Shown here in pieces: positions 9,374 to 19,460 of a stretch of DNA of 64,000 bases (the first letter of the stretch is position 1; every line of letters starts with the position of its first letter). Position numbers and translations under genes: made by a program. The notes below the pieces were generated by a model. It was not told the DNA's origin. It ran no database searches and saw nothing but the letters and a program-made list of their open reading frames with translations. The stretch spans positions 54,014-118,013 of the forward strand of contig JAAFKE010000004.1 in the NCBI GenBank assembly GCA_013298215.1, written 5' to 3'. The stretch comes from Cytophagales bacterium (lineage in GTDB: Bacteria; Bacteroidota; Bacteroidia; Cytophagales; Spirosomataceae).

Positions 9374-10641
9374 ATAACCTCAAAGCCGCAATAGGGAACC
9401 AAAACGGCGGGCACTTGCACGCGTCCGTCGGGGGTTTGGTTGTTTTCTAAAATAGCCGCCAAAATGCGTGGCAACGCCAACGCGCTACCGTTGAGGGTGT
9501 GCAACAATTGTGTTTTCCCGCCCACTTTGTAGCGTAGTTTGAGGCGGTTGCTCTGAAAGGTTTCAAAATTTGACACCGAACTGCACTCTAACCAGCGTTT
9601 TTGCGCGCCAGAATAAACCTCAAAGTCATACGTGAGCGCCGACGCAAAGCTGATGTCGCCCCCGCAGAGGTGGAGAATCCGGTAGGGTAATTCTAATTTT
9701 TCGAGGAGTGACTTTACGTGTTCAACCATTTCTTCGAGCGCGATATACGACTCTTCGGGCTTTCTGATCTGCACAATCTCGATCTTATCGAACTGGTGCA
9801 GGCGGTTGAGTCCGCGCACGTGCGCCCCCCAACTACCCGCCTCGCGCCTGAAACAAGGCGTGTGCCCCGCATTTCTGACGGGCAACTGGTCGTCGGTCAA
9901 AATCACGTCGCGGTACATATTCGTAATCGGCACTTCGGCGGTTGGAATCAAAAACAGATCGTCTTCGGTGGCGTGGTACATCTGGCCATCTTTGTCGGGG
10001 AGCTGCCCGGTGCCGTAGCCCGAATTTCGATTAATCAAAATAGGCGGCTGAATTTCGTAGTACCCAGCGGCGATGGCCTCGTCCAAGAAAAAATTAATGA
10101 GCGCCCGCTGCATCCGCGCACCTTTGCCCTTATAAACTGGAAAACCCGCCCCCGTTATCTTGTTGCCCAGTTCAAAGTCAATAATGTCCAGATTTTTGAT
10201 GATGTCCCAGTGGGCCAGGGCATTTTCTGGTAGCTCAGGCAGGCTGCCGTGTTCAAAAATGGTCAGGTTGTCGTCGGGCGTGCGGCCTTCTGGTACGCTG
10301 GTGTGGGGTACGTTTGGCAGCAAAACAAGTACTTCAAAGAGTTCGTTTTCTACCTTCGATAGTTCCTCCCCCAGTGCTTTCGAGCGTTCTTTTAGGGCCG
10401 CCGTCTCGGCTTTAGAAACCTCGGCTTCGGCCTTTTTGCCCTCCCGCATCAAGTTTCCAATTTGCTTGGATAACTCGTTGGCAGCGGCCAGCGTATTGTC
10501 CAAATCGAGCTGGATTCGGCGGCGCGCGTCGTCGAGACTCAGCACCTGATCGACGGTTTCGGCGGCGGCCTTGAAATACTTTTTTTGAAGACCAGCTACG
10601 GTTAGTTCCCTGTTTTCGCGGATAAAAGGTACTTGAAGCAT
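9370..10641 (-). CDS. serS: seryl-tRNA synthetase
   Basis: N-terminal coiled-coil arm and class-II motifs (CFRREAGSWG, GSALALPR). I use the ATG at 10641 (MLQVPFIRENREL), which is typical of SerS. The stop overlaps the rsmF-like stop (convergent, 4 nt). Confidence 0.9.
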   Translation of the reverse strand: MLQVPFIRENRELTVAGLQKKYFKAAAETVDQVLSLDDARRRIQLDLDNTLAAANELSKQIGNLMREGKKAEAEVSKAETAALKERSKALGEELSKVENELFEVLVLLPNVPHTSVPEGRTPDDNLTIFEHGSLPELPENALAHWDIIKNLDIIDFELGNKITGAGFPVYKGKGARMQRALINFFLDEAIAAGYYEIQPPILINRNSGYGTGQLPDKDGQMYHATEDDLFLIPTAEVPITNMYRDVILTDDQLPVRNAGHTPCFRREAGSWGAHVRGLNRLHQFDKIEIVQIRKPEESYIALEEMVEHVKSLLEKLELPYRILHLCGGDISFASALTYDFEVYSGAQKRWLECSSVSNFETFQSNRLKLRYKVGGKTQLLHTLNGSALALPRILAAILENNQTPDGRVQVPAVLVPYCGFEVI

Positions 10642-10711
10642 ATTTTTTAAAGTAGATTTATAATTATTGGCCGTAAAAGTAAACATCATTTTTGGCAAAT
10701 ACCTAACCCGT

Positions 10712-11320
10712 TCATGCTGGATTTGTCAGGTCTTGTTTTTTCCAGGAAAAATAACCGTAGAACGCCAAAACAAAAAACACCAGATAAAGTGCCGACGTTA
10801 AATAGAGTGTTTTGTAGGCGTACATGGCCACGTAGCAGGCATCGGCCACGATCCAGATCAGCCAGTTTTGCAAGTATTTACGCGCCATCATCCACTGCGC
10901 CACCAGACTGGCCACCGTGAGTGCCGAATCTGCGTAGCTCAAACTGGCATCCGTAAAACGCCCCAGCAAAAAACCCCAGATGCACGTGGCGGCCAGAAAA
11001 ATACCCAGTATCGGCCACCAATACGAAGCTGGTAAGCCAGAAACTTCGAGCTTTTGGCGGTTTGTGCCCCCAAAACACCACGCCCACCAACCGTATATGC
11101 TCGTTATAAAATAATAAACTTGCAGGCTTGTGTCGGCGTAGAGCTTTGAATTATAAAAAACGACCATAAAAAGCAGGGCGTTGATGATACCGAAAAGCCA
11201 CCCCCAGGCGTTTTGTCGGGTGTTCAAATAAACGCAAACGGCCCCAGTGACGAATCCTGAAATCTCTAACCGATTGGTGGACAAATACCCCAGTAAAAGT
11301 GGTTCGTTGAGCCAACTCAT
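10712..11320 (-). CDS. pnuC: nicotinamide riboside transporter PnuC
   Basis: GAVCVYLNTRQNAWGWLFGIINALLF and SIYGWWAW motifs. I use the ATG at 11320 (MSWLNEP...), 7 nt after the dsbD stop; the track extension overlaps dsbD. Confidence 0.8.
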   Translation of the reverse strand: MSWLNEPLLLGYLSTNRLEISGFVTGAVCVYLNTRQNAWGWLFGIINALLFMVVFYNSKLYADTSLQVYYFITSIYGWWAWCFGGTNRQKLEVSGLPASYWWPILGIFLAATCIWGFLLGRFTDASLSYADSALTVASLVAQWMMARKYLQNWLIWIVADACYVAMYAYKTLYLTSALYLVFFVLAFYGYFSWKKQDLTNPA

Positions 11321-11327
11321 CAGCGCG

Positions 11328-13337
11328 TTATTTCGTTGGTAGTTTCCGAAAAGCGGTCTTTCCAGCCTCCAAAAACACCAAAAACTCTTCGACCGTGGTG
11401 TAGCCAATTGGTTTGGGAACAATCAAGTTTCCATTTTCGTCCACGATGCAGTAGTAAGGTTGGGCGTTGTTGTTGAAGGTAGTAATCTGAAAATCAGCGT
11501 TTTTTGCGCCAACGGTCGTTTTAAGTTTGCCGTCGTAGGTAGATTTGTAGTGGCGTTTTGGATCGAGTTCCTTTTTGTCGTCCACGTACAACGATGCAAT
11601 GATGAAATCGTTTTTGAGTCGCTTCAAAACTGCTTCGTTGGGCCATACATTGTCTTCCATTTTGCGGCAGTTGGCGCAGGCATATCCCGTAAAATCAATG
11701 AGCACAGGTTTGTTCAACACCTTGGCCTGCGCCAAAGCATCTTCGTATTCGTAAAAACCCTCGAGGCCGTATTGCAACGCCCGAAGTTTGGGGTTTGTGG
11801 GCACCACCGCAGCACCCAGACCCACGTGGCCGTAGCCGACGGGAGGCAAAATGCCCGACAGCAATGGCGCGGCGCGACCCGACACCGCTGGGATCATGTA
11901 GAGCACCAACCCGAAAGCCACCGCCGCAAAACCCGCACGCGGCAGGGTAATTTTGGCCACTTTGCCGTCTTTGGGCAACCGCACAAAACCCAAAATATAA
12001 AGGCCGATGATGGTAAAAATAATAATCCAAACCACCAGAAAGGTATTGCGGCTCAGTAAGTTCCAGTGGTAGGTGAGATCGATGTTGCTCAGAAATTTGA
12101 GGGCGAGGGCAAACTCCAAAAAGCCGAAAACGGCTTTGAGCTCTCCCAGCCAACCGCCCGACTTGGGCAGGTTTTTGAGCCACTGCGGGAACATGGCCAA
12201 CGACGTGAACACCAGCGCAAAGGGCAATCCGAACGATAGCATTCCGTAGAGCGGCCGCATGACCTCGCCCTGCGAAGCCAAAATGAGCAGCGACCCCACA
12301 AACGGAACGGTGCAAGAAAAAGAAACCACCACCAGCGTAAGTGCCATAAAAAACAACCCCACTAAACCTCCACGGTCCGACATTTGATCGATATTATTGA
12401 CCACATTGTGGGGCAACACAATCTCGAAAGCACCCAAGAGCGAGACCCCAAAAAAAATGAAAATGAAAAAGAACAGCAAATTGGGTATCCAGTGGGTGCT
12501 GATAAAATTCAAAAACTCGGCCCCAAAAATCATTGTAACAAAGCCGATGGCCCCAAAAATAGCCATGATCGACAGCCCGTAGAACAACGCTTTGGCCACA
12601 CCGTTGGTCTGTTTGGTAAAAAAACTGACCGTCATGGGCATAATCGGATAAATGCAGGGCATAAAAATGGAGGCCAAGCCCGCCAAAAATGCCGTGAGTA
12701 AAAAACTCCCCAGCGACTGCACGGGTTCGTTGGGTGCGGGCGAATCTACGGCAACGACTCGCACGTCTTTGGGGGTGATTTCGCCCGCACCAGTTGGCGC
12801 AACTGCCGTATCGGGGGCAATTGGCGCGGGCGTTTCAACGGGCTTTGTTGGCTCGGTAGTGGGCGCGGCATCGGCCACTTTTATGCCATCAATCTTAAAT
12901 TCTATCGTTTCGGGAGGGAGGCACTGGCCAGTTTCGTTGTTGCAAACACCAAAAACAAAGTCGCCCGCTACGACGGGGCTGGCCTTTAAAATCTTTACTT
13001 TTTGCACAAATTTGGCCTCACTTTCGGCTACGCTCACCTTTGCGCCCCAGACTTCGTCAAATTTTTCGTGGAAGCCAACGGGCTTGGGCTTGCCGACCAG
13101 TTGGTAGGTGTCGTTTTTCTGGAAGCTAAAAACTGTGTGCGTTGGCTCTTCGGCCTCAAAAACGGTGGAATAAATGTACCAGCCCGCCTTTATTTTACAG
13201 CTGTACGTAATCTCGAACACATCGCCAATTTTGGCCACATTAGTCGATTTGTCGATCGTCCAGACGGTGGGTTTAATAATCTGTCCTTGACCAAGCAAAG
13301 AATAAATGGCCAGCAGGATGGTTAGTAGGTACTTCAT
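11328..13337 (-). CDS. dsbD: thiol:disulfide interchange protein DsbD-like (N-terminal periplasmic domain, CcdA-type TM core, C-terminal thioredoxin)
   Basis: Signal peptide MKYLLTILLAIYSLLGQG, a multi-TM core with membrane Cys residues (FMPCIYP, FSCTVPF), and a thioredoxin CxxC in GYACANCRKME. I use the ATG at 13337; the 71-aa track extension overlaps the next gene's region. Confidence 0.8.
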   Translation of the reverse strand: MKYLLTILLAIYSLLGQGQIIKPTVWTIDKSTNVAKIGDVFEITYSCKIKAGWYIYSTVFEAEEPTHTVFSFQKNDTYQLVGKPKPVGFHEKFDEVWGAKVSVAESEAKFVQKVKILKASPVVAGDFVFGVCNNETGQCLPPETIEFKIDGIKVADAAPTTEPTKPVETPAPIAPDTAVAPTGAGEITPKDVRVVAVDSPAPNEPVQSLGSFLLTAFLAGLASIFMPCIYPIMPMTVSFFTKQTNGVAKALFYGLSIMAIFGAIGFVTMIFGAEFLNFISTHWIPNLLFFFIFIFFGVSLLGAFEIVLPHNVVNNIDQMSDRGGLVGLFFMALTLVVVSFSCTVPFVGSLLILASQGEVMRPLYGMLSFGLPFALVFTSLAMFPQWLKNLPKSGGWLGELKAVFGFLEFALALKFLSNIDLTYHWNLLSRNTFLVVWIIIFTIIGLYILGFVRLPKDGKVAKITLPRAGFAAVAFGLVLYMIPAVSGRAAPLLSGILPPVGYGHVGLGAAVVPTNPKLRALQYGLEGFYEYEDALAQAKVLNKPVLIDFTGYACANCRKMEDNVWPNEAVLKRLKNDFIIASLYVDDKKELDPKRHYKSTYDGKLKTTVGAKNADFQITTFNNNAQPYYCIVDENGNLIVPKPIGYTTVEEFLVFLEAGKTAFRKLPTK

Positions 13338-13383
13338 GTCAAAGTTAGTTTTTGGTATTTTAGCGGCGGAAGCCCTTAAAAAA

Positions 13384-14514
13384 TTACCCACGCTGCAAAC
13401 AACCGCGCAGGGCTGCCAGAAAAGCATCGGCTTCGGGTTTTTGAAGGGCCAACGACGGCAGAAGCCGGATCGTATTTTTGCCCGCCACTCCCGTAAACAT
13501 TTTATGGTCAAATAGCAATTGGTGGCGCAGTGTTTCCACCGCAAAATCATACTCGATCCCGATCATCAGTCCGCGCCCGCGCAGCTCTTTGTGGCCACCC
13601 ACGCGCGTTATGCCCTCCATGAGGTAGTGGCCCATGGTTTCGGCGTTTCGAATCAAGTCTTCGTTTTTCATAATGTCTAAAACCGCTATTGCGGCCGCAC
13701 ACGCCAGGTGGTTGCCCCCAAAGGTGGTGCCAAGCAAACCGTAACTGGCCTCAAATTTGGGCGAGATCATCACCCCTCCCACCGGAAAACCGTTACCCAT
13801 TCCTTTGGCCATCGTCATCAGGTCGGGGTGAATGCCGCTAAACTGGTGCGAAAAAAAACGTCCACTGCGTCCGTATCCGCATTGCACGCTGTCGAGAATC
13901 AAGACCGCGCCCGTCTGGTCGCACCTGCGGCGGAGGGTCTGCAAAAATGCGTCGGTAGCCACCTGAATACCTCCAACTCCCTGGATGCCTTCAACAATCA
14001 CGGCACAAACCTGGTCGGTTATTCCCGTTTCGGCGGCGGCTACATCGTTGAAAGGCAAAAACTGCACGTGTTCTTTGTAATTAACGGGCGCAACAATGGC
14101 GGCGTTGTCGGTTACAGCCACCGCTCCCGCCGTGCGGCCGTGAAATGATTTTGTGAACGACACAACCCTGGTTCGCTTGTTGTGAAACGACGCAAGTTTG
14201 AGCGCGTTCTCGTTGGCTTCGGCCCCCGAATTACACAAAAACAGTTGGTAGTCGGGGTAGCCCGACAACTCACTTAATTTTTCGGCCAACTCTTCCTGCA
14301 AGCGTATCCGAACCGAATTGGAGTAGAAACTAATGTCAGAGAGCTGCTTGGTGAGCATTTCGACGTAATGAGGGTGGCTGTGGCCCACCGAAATAACGGC
14401 GTGGCCGCCGTACAAATCGATGTATTGCGTTCCGTTCACGTCCCACAGGTAGCTACCCCGAGCGCGAACTGGCTCAATGTCGTAGAGGGGATAAACGTTA
14501 AAAAGTTTAGACAT
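13384..14514 (-). CDS. class-III PLP aminotransferase, acetylornithine aminotransferase-like
   Basis: GGHAVISVGHSHP, LILDSVQCGYGRSGRFF and the PLP-lysine context MTMAKGMGNGFP. Confidence 0.75.
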   Translation of the reverse strand: MSKLFNVYPLYDIEPVRARGSYLWDVNGTQYIDLYGGHAVISVGHSHPHYVEMLTKQLSDISFYSNSVRIRLQEELAEKLSELSGYPDYQLFLCNSGAEANENALKLASFHNKRTRVVSFTKSFHGRTAGAVAVTDNAAIVAPVNYKEHVQFLPFNDVAAAETGITDQVCAVIVEGIQGVGGIQVATDAFLQTLRRRCDQTGAVLILDSVQCGYGRSGRFFSHQFSGIHPDLMTMAKGMGNGFPVGGVMISPKFEASYGLLGTTFGGNHLACAAAIAVLDIMKNEDLIRNAETMGHYLMEGITRVGGHKELRGRGLMIGIEYDFAVETLRHQLLFDHKMFTGVAGKNTIRLLPSLALQKPEADAFLAALRGCLQRG

Positions 14515-14539
14515 ATTTTGGTAGTTTAGTCTTCCTGAC

Positions 14540-16201
<1,662 letters not shown>

Positions 16202-16368
16202 TTACACATTTTCGGCGTTAAGGTATGACTTTCGCTGGTTTAGTTTTGCTACCAGGCAAACCATTTGCCGCCAATTGGGGTTTAACATTTGACGCAACTT
16301 TACGGCGTAGCTACCCACCAAAGCAATTATTTTCACCCAATTATACTTTCACATTGTTTAATCCGATT

Positions 16369-17892
16369 ATGGCCTACCGCGATTTAAAATCAAAAGAATT
16401 ACTTCAAATCAAAACACTGGGTGCGCTCAAAGCCGCTGGTTACATTTCAAAAACGATTAAACAGGAGTTGAGGGACAATTTAATCGAAAAAATCAAGAAT
16501 AAGGAGTCCGTTTTTGAGGGTATTTGGGGCTACGAAGACACCGTTATTCCCGACGTGGAGCGCGCCATTTTATCGATGCACAACATCAATTTACTCGGCT
16601 TGCGCGGCCAGGCCAAGACCCGTATTGCCCGCCTGATGATTAATTTGTTGGACGAGTACATTCCCGTGGTGCTGGGTTCTGAACTAAACGACGACCCACT
16701 CCAACCACTAACTTGGACGGCCAGGGACCTCATTGCCCAGCACGGCGACGACACCCCAGTGGGCTGGATGCACCGCAGCGACCGCTACACCGAAAAACTG
16801 GCCACCCCCGATGTGTCGGTGGCCGACCTGATCGGCGACGTGGATCCGATTAAGGCCGCAACCATGAAACTGGCTTATTCGGACGAGCGCGTGATCCACT
16901 TTGGCCTCATCCCGAGGTCGCACCGGGGTATTTTTGTCATCAACGAGCTCCCCGATTTGCAGGCCCGCATTCAAGTATCGCTCTTCAATATTTTGCAGGA
17001 AGGCGACATTCAGATTAGGGGTTTTAAGCTGCGGCTACCGCTCGATATTCAGTTCGTGTTCACGGCAAATCCCGAAGACTACACCAACCGAGGCAGCATT
17101 GTGACTCCGCTCAAAGACCGCATCGATAGCCAAATTGTGACGCACTACCCCAAGTCGATCGATGTGGGCAAAAAAATCACCCAACAGGAAGCCTCCGTCA
17201 AAACCGAACAGCGCGGCATGGTGAAGGTGAACGACATCGTGGCCGACCTCATTGAGCAGATTGCGTTTGAGGCCCGCGAAAGTGAGTACGTAGATTCTAA
17301 GTCGGGCGTTTCGGCCCGGATGACGATCTCGGCCTACGAAAATCTGCTGTCGGCCGCCGAACGCCGCGCATTGATGAACGCCGAAAAAGAAACTTACATT
17401 CGTATCTCTGACCTCTACGGGGTAGTTCCAGCCATTTGTGGCAAGGTGGAGCTGGTTTACGAGGGCGAGGTAGAAGGCCCCGTTATTGTGGCGCAGAGCC
17501 TGATCGGTAAGGCCGTGCGGACGTTGTTTTTGGCCTACTTCCCCGATCCCGAGAAACTTAAAAAGAAAAAAACCGCTAAGAATCCCTTCCAGAAAGTCCA
17601 AAACTGGTTTGGCGAAAACCAGATGGACGTACTATCCGACTTGTCGAACCGCGACTACGAAGCGCGCCTCAAAACGATTGATGGCTTAGACGACCTGGTA
17701 GATGAATACCACAGCCGTTTGGGCCGCGAAGAAAAATTGTTTATGATGGAATTTGCCCTCCACGGAATGGCCGAGTTCTCATTAATTAGCAAAAAAAATC
17801 TCGACAAAGGACTCCAGTTCAAAGACCTGCTCGACAGTATGTTTGACCCCGATAGTTTTGACGACGACGACGATGACATCAATCTGAGATAG
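16369..17892 (+). CDS. AAA+ ATPase, Mg-chelatase subunit I (ChlI/BchI)-like, acidic C-terminal tail
   Basis: P-loop-like LLGLRGQAKTRIARL, Walker-B-like GIFVINELPDL, and sensor region FVFTANPEDYTNRGSIVTPLKDR. I use the ATG at 16369 (MAYRDLKS...). Confidence 0.6.
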   Translation: MAYRDLKSKELLQIKTLGALKAAGYISKTIKQELRDNLIEKIKNKESVFEGIWGYEDTVIPDVERAILSMHNINLLGLRGQAKTRIARLMINLLDEYIPVVLGSELNDDPLQPLTWTARDLIAQHGDDTPVGWMHRSDRYTEKLATPDVSVADLIGDVDPIKAATMKLAYSDERVIHFGLIPRSHRGIFVINELPDLQARIQVSLFNILQEGDIQIRGFKLRLPLDIQFVFTANPEDYTNRGSIVTPLKDRIDSQIVTHYPKSIDVGKKITQQEASVKTEQRGMVKVNDIVADLIEQIAFEARESEYVDSKSGVSARMTISAYENLLSAAERRALMNAEKETYIRISDLYGVVPAICGKVELVYEGEVEGPVIVAQSLIGKAVRTLFLAYFPDPEKLKKKKTAKNPFQKVQNWFGENQMDVLSDLSNRDYEARLKTIDGLDDLVDEYHSRLGREEKLFMMEFALHGMAEFSLISKKNLDKGLQFKDLLDSMFDPDSFDDDDDDINLR

Positions 17893-17903
17893 CCGCAAAA
17901 AAC

Positions 17904-17938
17904 AAAGAAACTGCACCAACCAAAGGTGCAGTTTCTTT
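17904..17938 (+). terminator. rho-independent terminator
   Basis: Perfect 14-bp stem AAAGAAACTGCACC / GGTGCAGTTTCTTT with a 7-nt loop and a T-rich 3' arm, 12 nt after the stop. Confidence 0.7.
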
Positions 17939-18008
17939 CAATAACAACTACCCGATTACTTACGCGTATTTACACTCCACAATTCAACTCGGCCACCCAA
18001 GACAAACC

Positions 18009-18626
18009 ATGCCATTAACAACAACCGTCAAAGCCAGCAATATTACCAACCTTTCGGATGCCCGCTACTGCGCAGGCATGGGCGTTGAAATGATTGGGTT
18101 CTCGATGGACGCGGATTCGGCATACTTCGTTGAACCAAAAAAATACCACGAAATGCGCGCGTGGGTGGCTGGCGTACAGATTGTGGGGCAAACAGAATCT
18201 GACAACGCAGCCGAGGTTGAATCGCTGCTGGCAGTTTATGCACCCGATATTTTGGAGATTAGTCACCCAGAAATGATCCAAAAATTGTCGGGTCAAATTC
18301 CGCTCATCTATAAAATCGTCATCGACGGCATCGCGCCCGACGACCTGGACGACCTGCTCCAGCTAACGCGGGGCAAAACAGCCTTTGTGCGCTTAGAATC
18401 GAACCAAAACGAACCTTTGAACGAACAATGGACTGATTTTTTGGGACTTATCGCCCGCGAATACCCCATCTTGCTGGGCTTCGGAGTTACGGCCAACAAC
18501 GTGCGGGCGCTCACCGAAACACTTCCAATTAAAGGAATTGGCCTGGCGGGGAGCTACGAAATAAAACCTGGCTACAACGACTTTGGTGTTTTGATGGATG
18601 TGCTCGAGCAACTGGAGCAAGACTGA
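18009..18626 (+). CDS. phosphoribosylanthranilate isomerase (TrpF)-like TIM-barrel protein, probably non-canonical
   Basis: VKASNITNLSDARYCAGMGVEMIGF aligns to the TrpF N-terminus (VKICGIT..ED.....GAD..GF). LLGFGVTANNV aligns to the C-terminal phosphate-binding region. Confidence 0.55.
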   Translation: MPLTTTVKASNITNLSDARYCAGMGVEMIGFSMDADSAYFVEPKKYHEMRAWVAGVQIVGQTESDNAAEVESLLAVYAPDILEISHPEMIQKLSGQIPLIYKIVIDGIAPDDLDDLLQLTRGKTAFVRLESNQNEPLNEQWTDFLGLIAREYPILLGFGVTANNVRALTETLPIKGIGLAGSYEIKPGYNDFGVLMDVLEQLEQD

Positions 18627-18784
18627 GCCAAACAGTACGTTTATCCGGCCATATCTCCGTCCATCCTATTTTGTGTATCCGATTTATTGAAAGGGCATAA
18701 CTTAGTACCTGTTAATGCAAAGTACCTGCTTTAACAGTATCTATTAACAGCCATAAAAATCATTCATCTCAACCAAAATTAAAA

Positions 18785-19246
18785 ATGGAAACCAACAAAA
18801 AATTACGTCGTTTGTCCGACAAGTCAGTTATTGGCGGGGTGGCCGCCGGAGTAGCCGAGTACTTCGGTACGGACGTGGCACTGGTGCGGGTCATCTTTGT
18901 GCTGCTATTGATTTTCGGAAAAGGGTTTCCGATGGTCTTGGTCTATGTGGTGCTGTGGGCCGCCCTTCCCAAAGAATACGCTGGTTTTACTACTCCCGAG
19001 TTGTATAATGCCGCCGAAACGCAGCCCAGCGACACCAAAGCAAAAAACATGAAATGGGGAGGATACGCCCTGTTGATTGTGGGGGCTTTTTTGCTCGTTG
19101 ATGAGCTGGACATTGTCTTTTGGCCCAATTTTGACCAGTATTTCTGGCCCATTGCCTTCATCGTAGGCGGATTGTACTTGATCGCTGGGCGCAAAAAAAG
19201 CGACGATAACCAACCTTTACCACCCAATACCGAAGAACAAATTTAA
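18785..19246 (+). CDS. PspC-domain membrane protein
   Basis: RLSDKSVIGGVAAGVAEYFGTDVALVRVIFVLLLIF is a PspC domain. The C-terminal half carries a two-helix WG..LLI.G..LL...FWP....GG..LI module. Confidence 0.8.
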   Translation: METNKKLRRLSDKSVIGGVAAGVAEYFGTDVALVRVIFVLLLIFGKGFPMVLVYVVLWAALPKEYAGFTTPELYNAAETQPSDTKAKNMKWGGYALLIVGAFLLVDELDIVFWPNFDQYFWPIAFIVGGLYLIAGRKKSDDNQPLPPNTEEQI

Positions 19247-19265
19247 CTCTAAACCTACCAAAAAA

Positions 19266-19442
19266 ATGGAATTTAAAACCACATTCTGGGGAAGCATCCT
19301 CATCATTCTGGGTACTTTGCTACTCATTCAAGAGCTTTTTGACATTGAGTTAAAACGCTTCTTTTGGCCCGTGCTCCTGATAGCGGGCGGCGCGTTGCTT
19401 ATTTTCAAAGACAAGTTCAACAACAATCAAAAATTGTTTTAA
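19266..19442 (+). CDS. 58-aa two-helix membrane peptide (LiaI/LiaF-type TM hairpin), missing from the ORF track
   Basis: ATG at 19266, TAA at 19440-19442. It reads MEFKTTFWGSILIILGTLLLIQELFDIELKRFFWPVLLIAGGALLIFKDKFNNNQKLF. It lies 19 nt after the pspC-like stop and 18 nt before the next start, and shares its motif with both neighbours. Confidence 0.6.
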   Translation: MEFKTTFWGSILIILGTLLLIQELFDIELKRFFWPVLLIAGGALLIFKDKFNNNQKLF

Positions 19443-19460
19443 TCTCAAAGCAACACCGCC

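Noticed and set aside
11321-11327. Riboswitch or regulatory leader in front of pnuC.
   Set aside because: Only 7 nt separate the dsbD stop from the pnuC start, so there is no room for a leader. pnuC is most likely co-transcribed.
13338-13550. N-terminal extensions of track ORFs: dsbD 13338-13550, AAA+ 16225-16368, rSAM 40804-41052, amidase 51671-51991, LVIVD 40754-40921, serS 10642-10698 and pnuC 11321-11422.
   Set aside because: The extensions overlap neighbouring genes or divergent promoters. They lack family-typical sequence. Internal starts give canonical N-termini or signal peptides.
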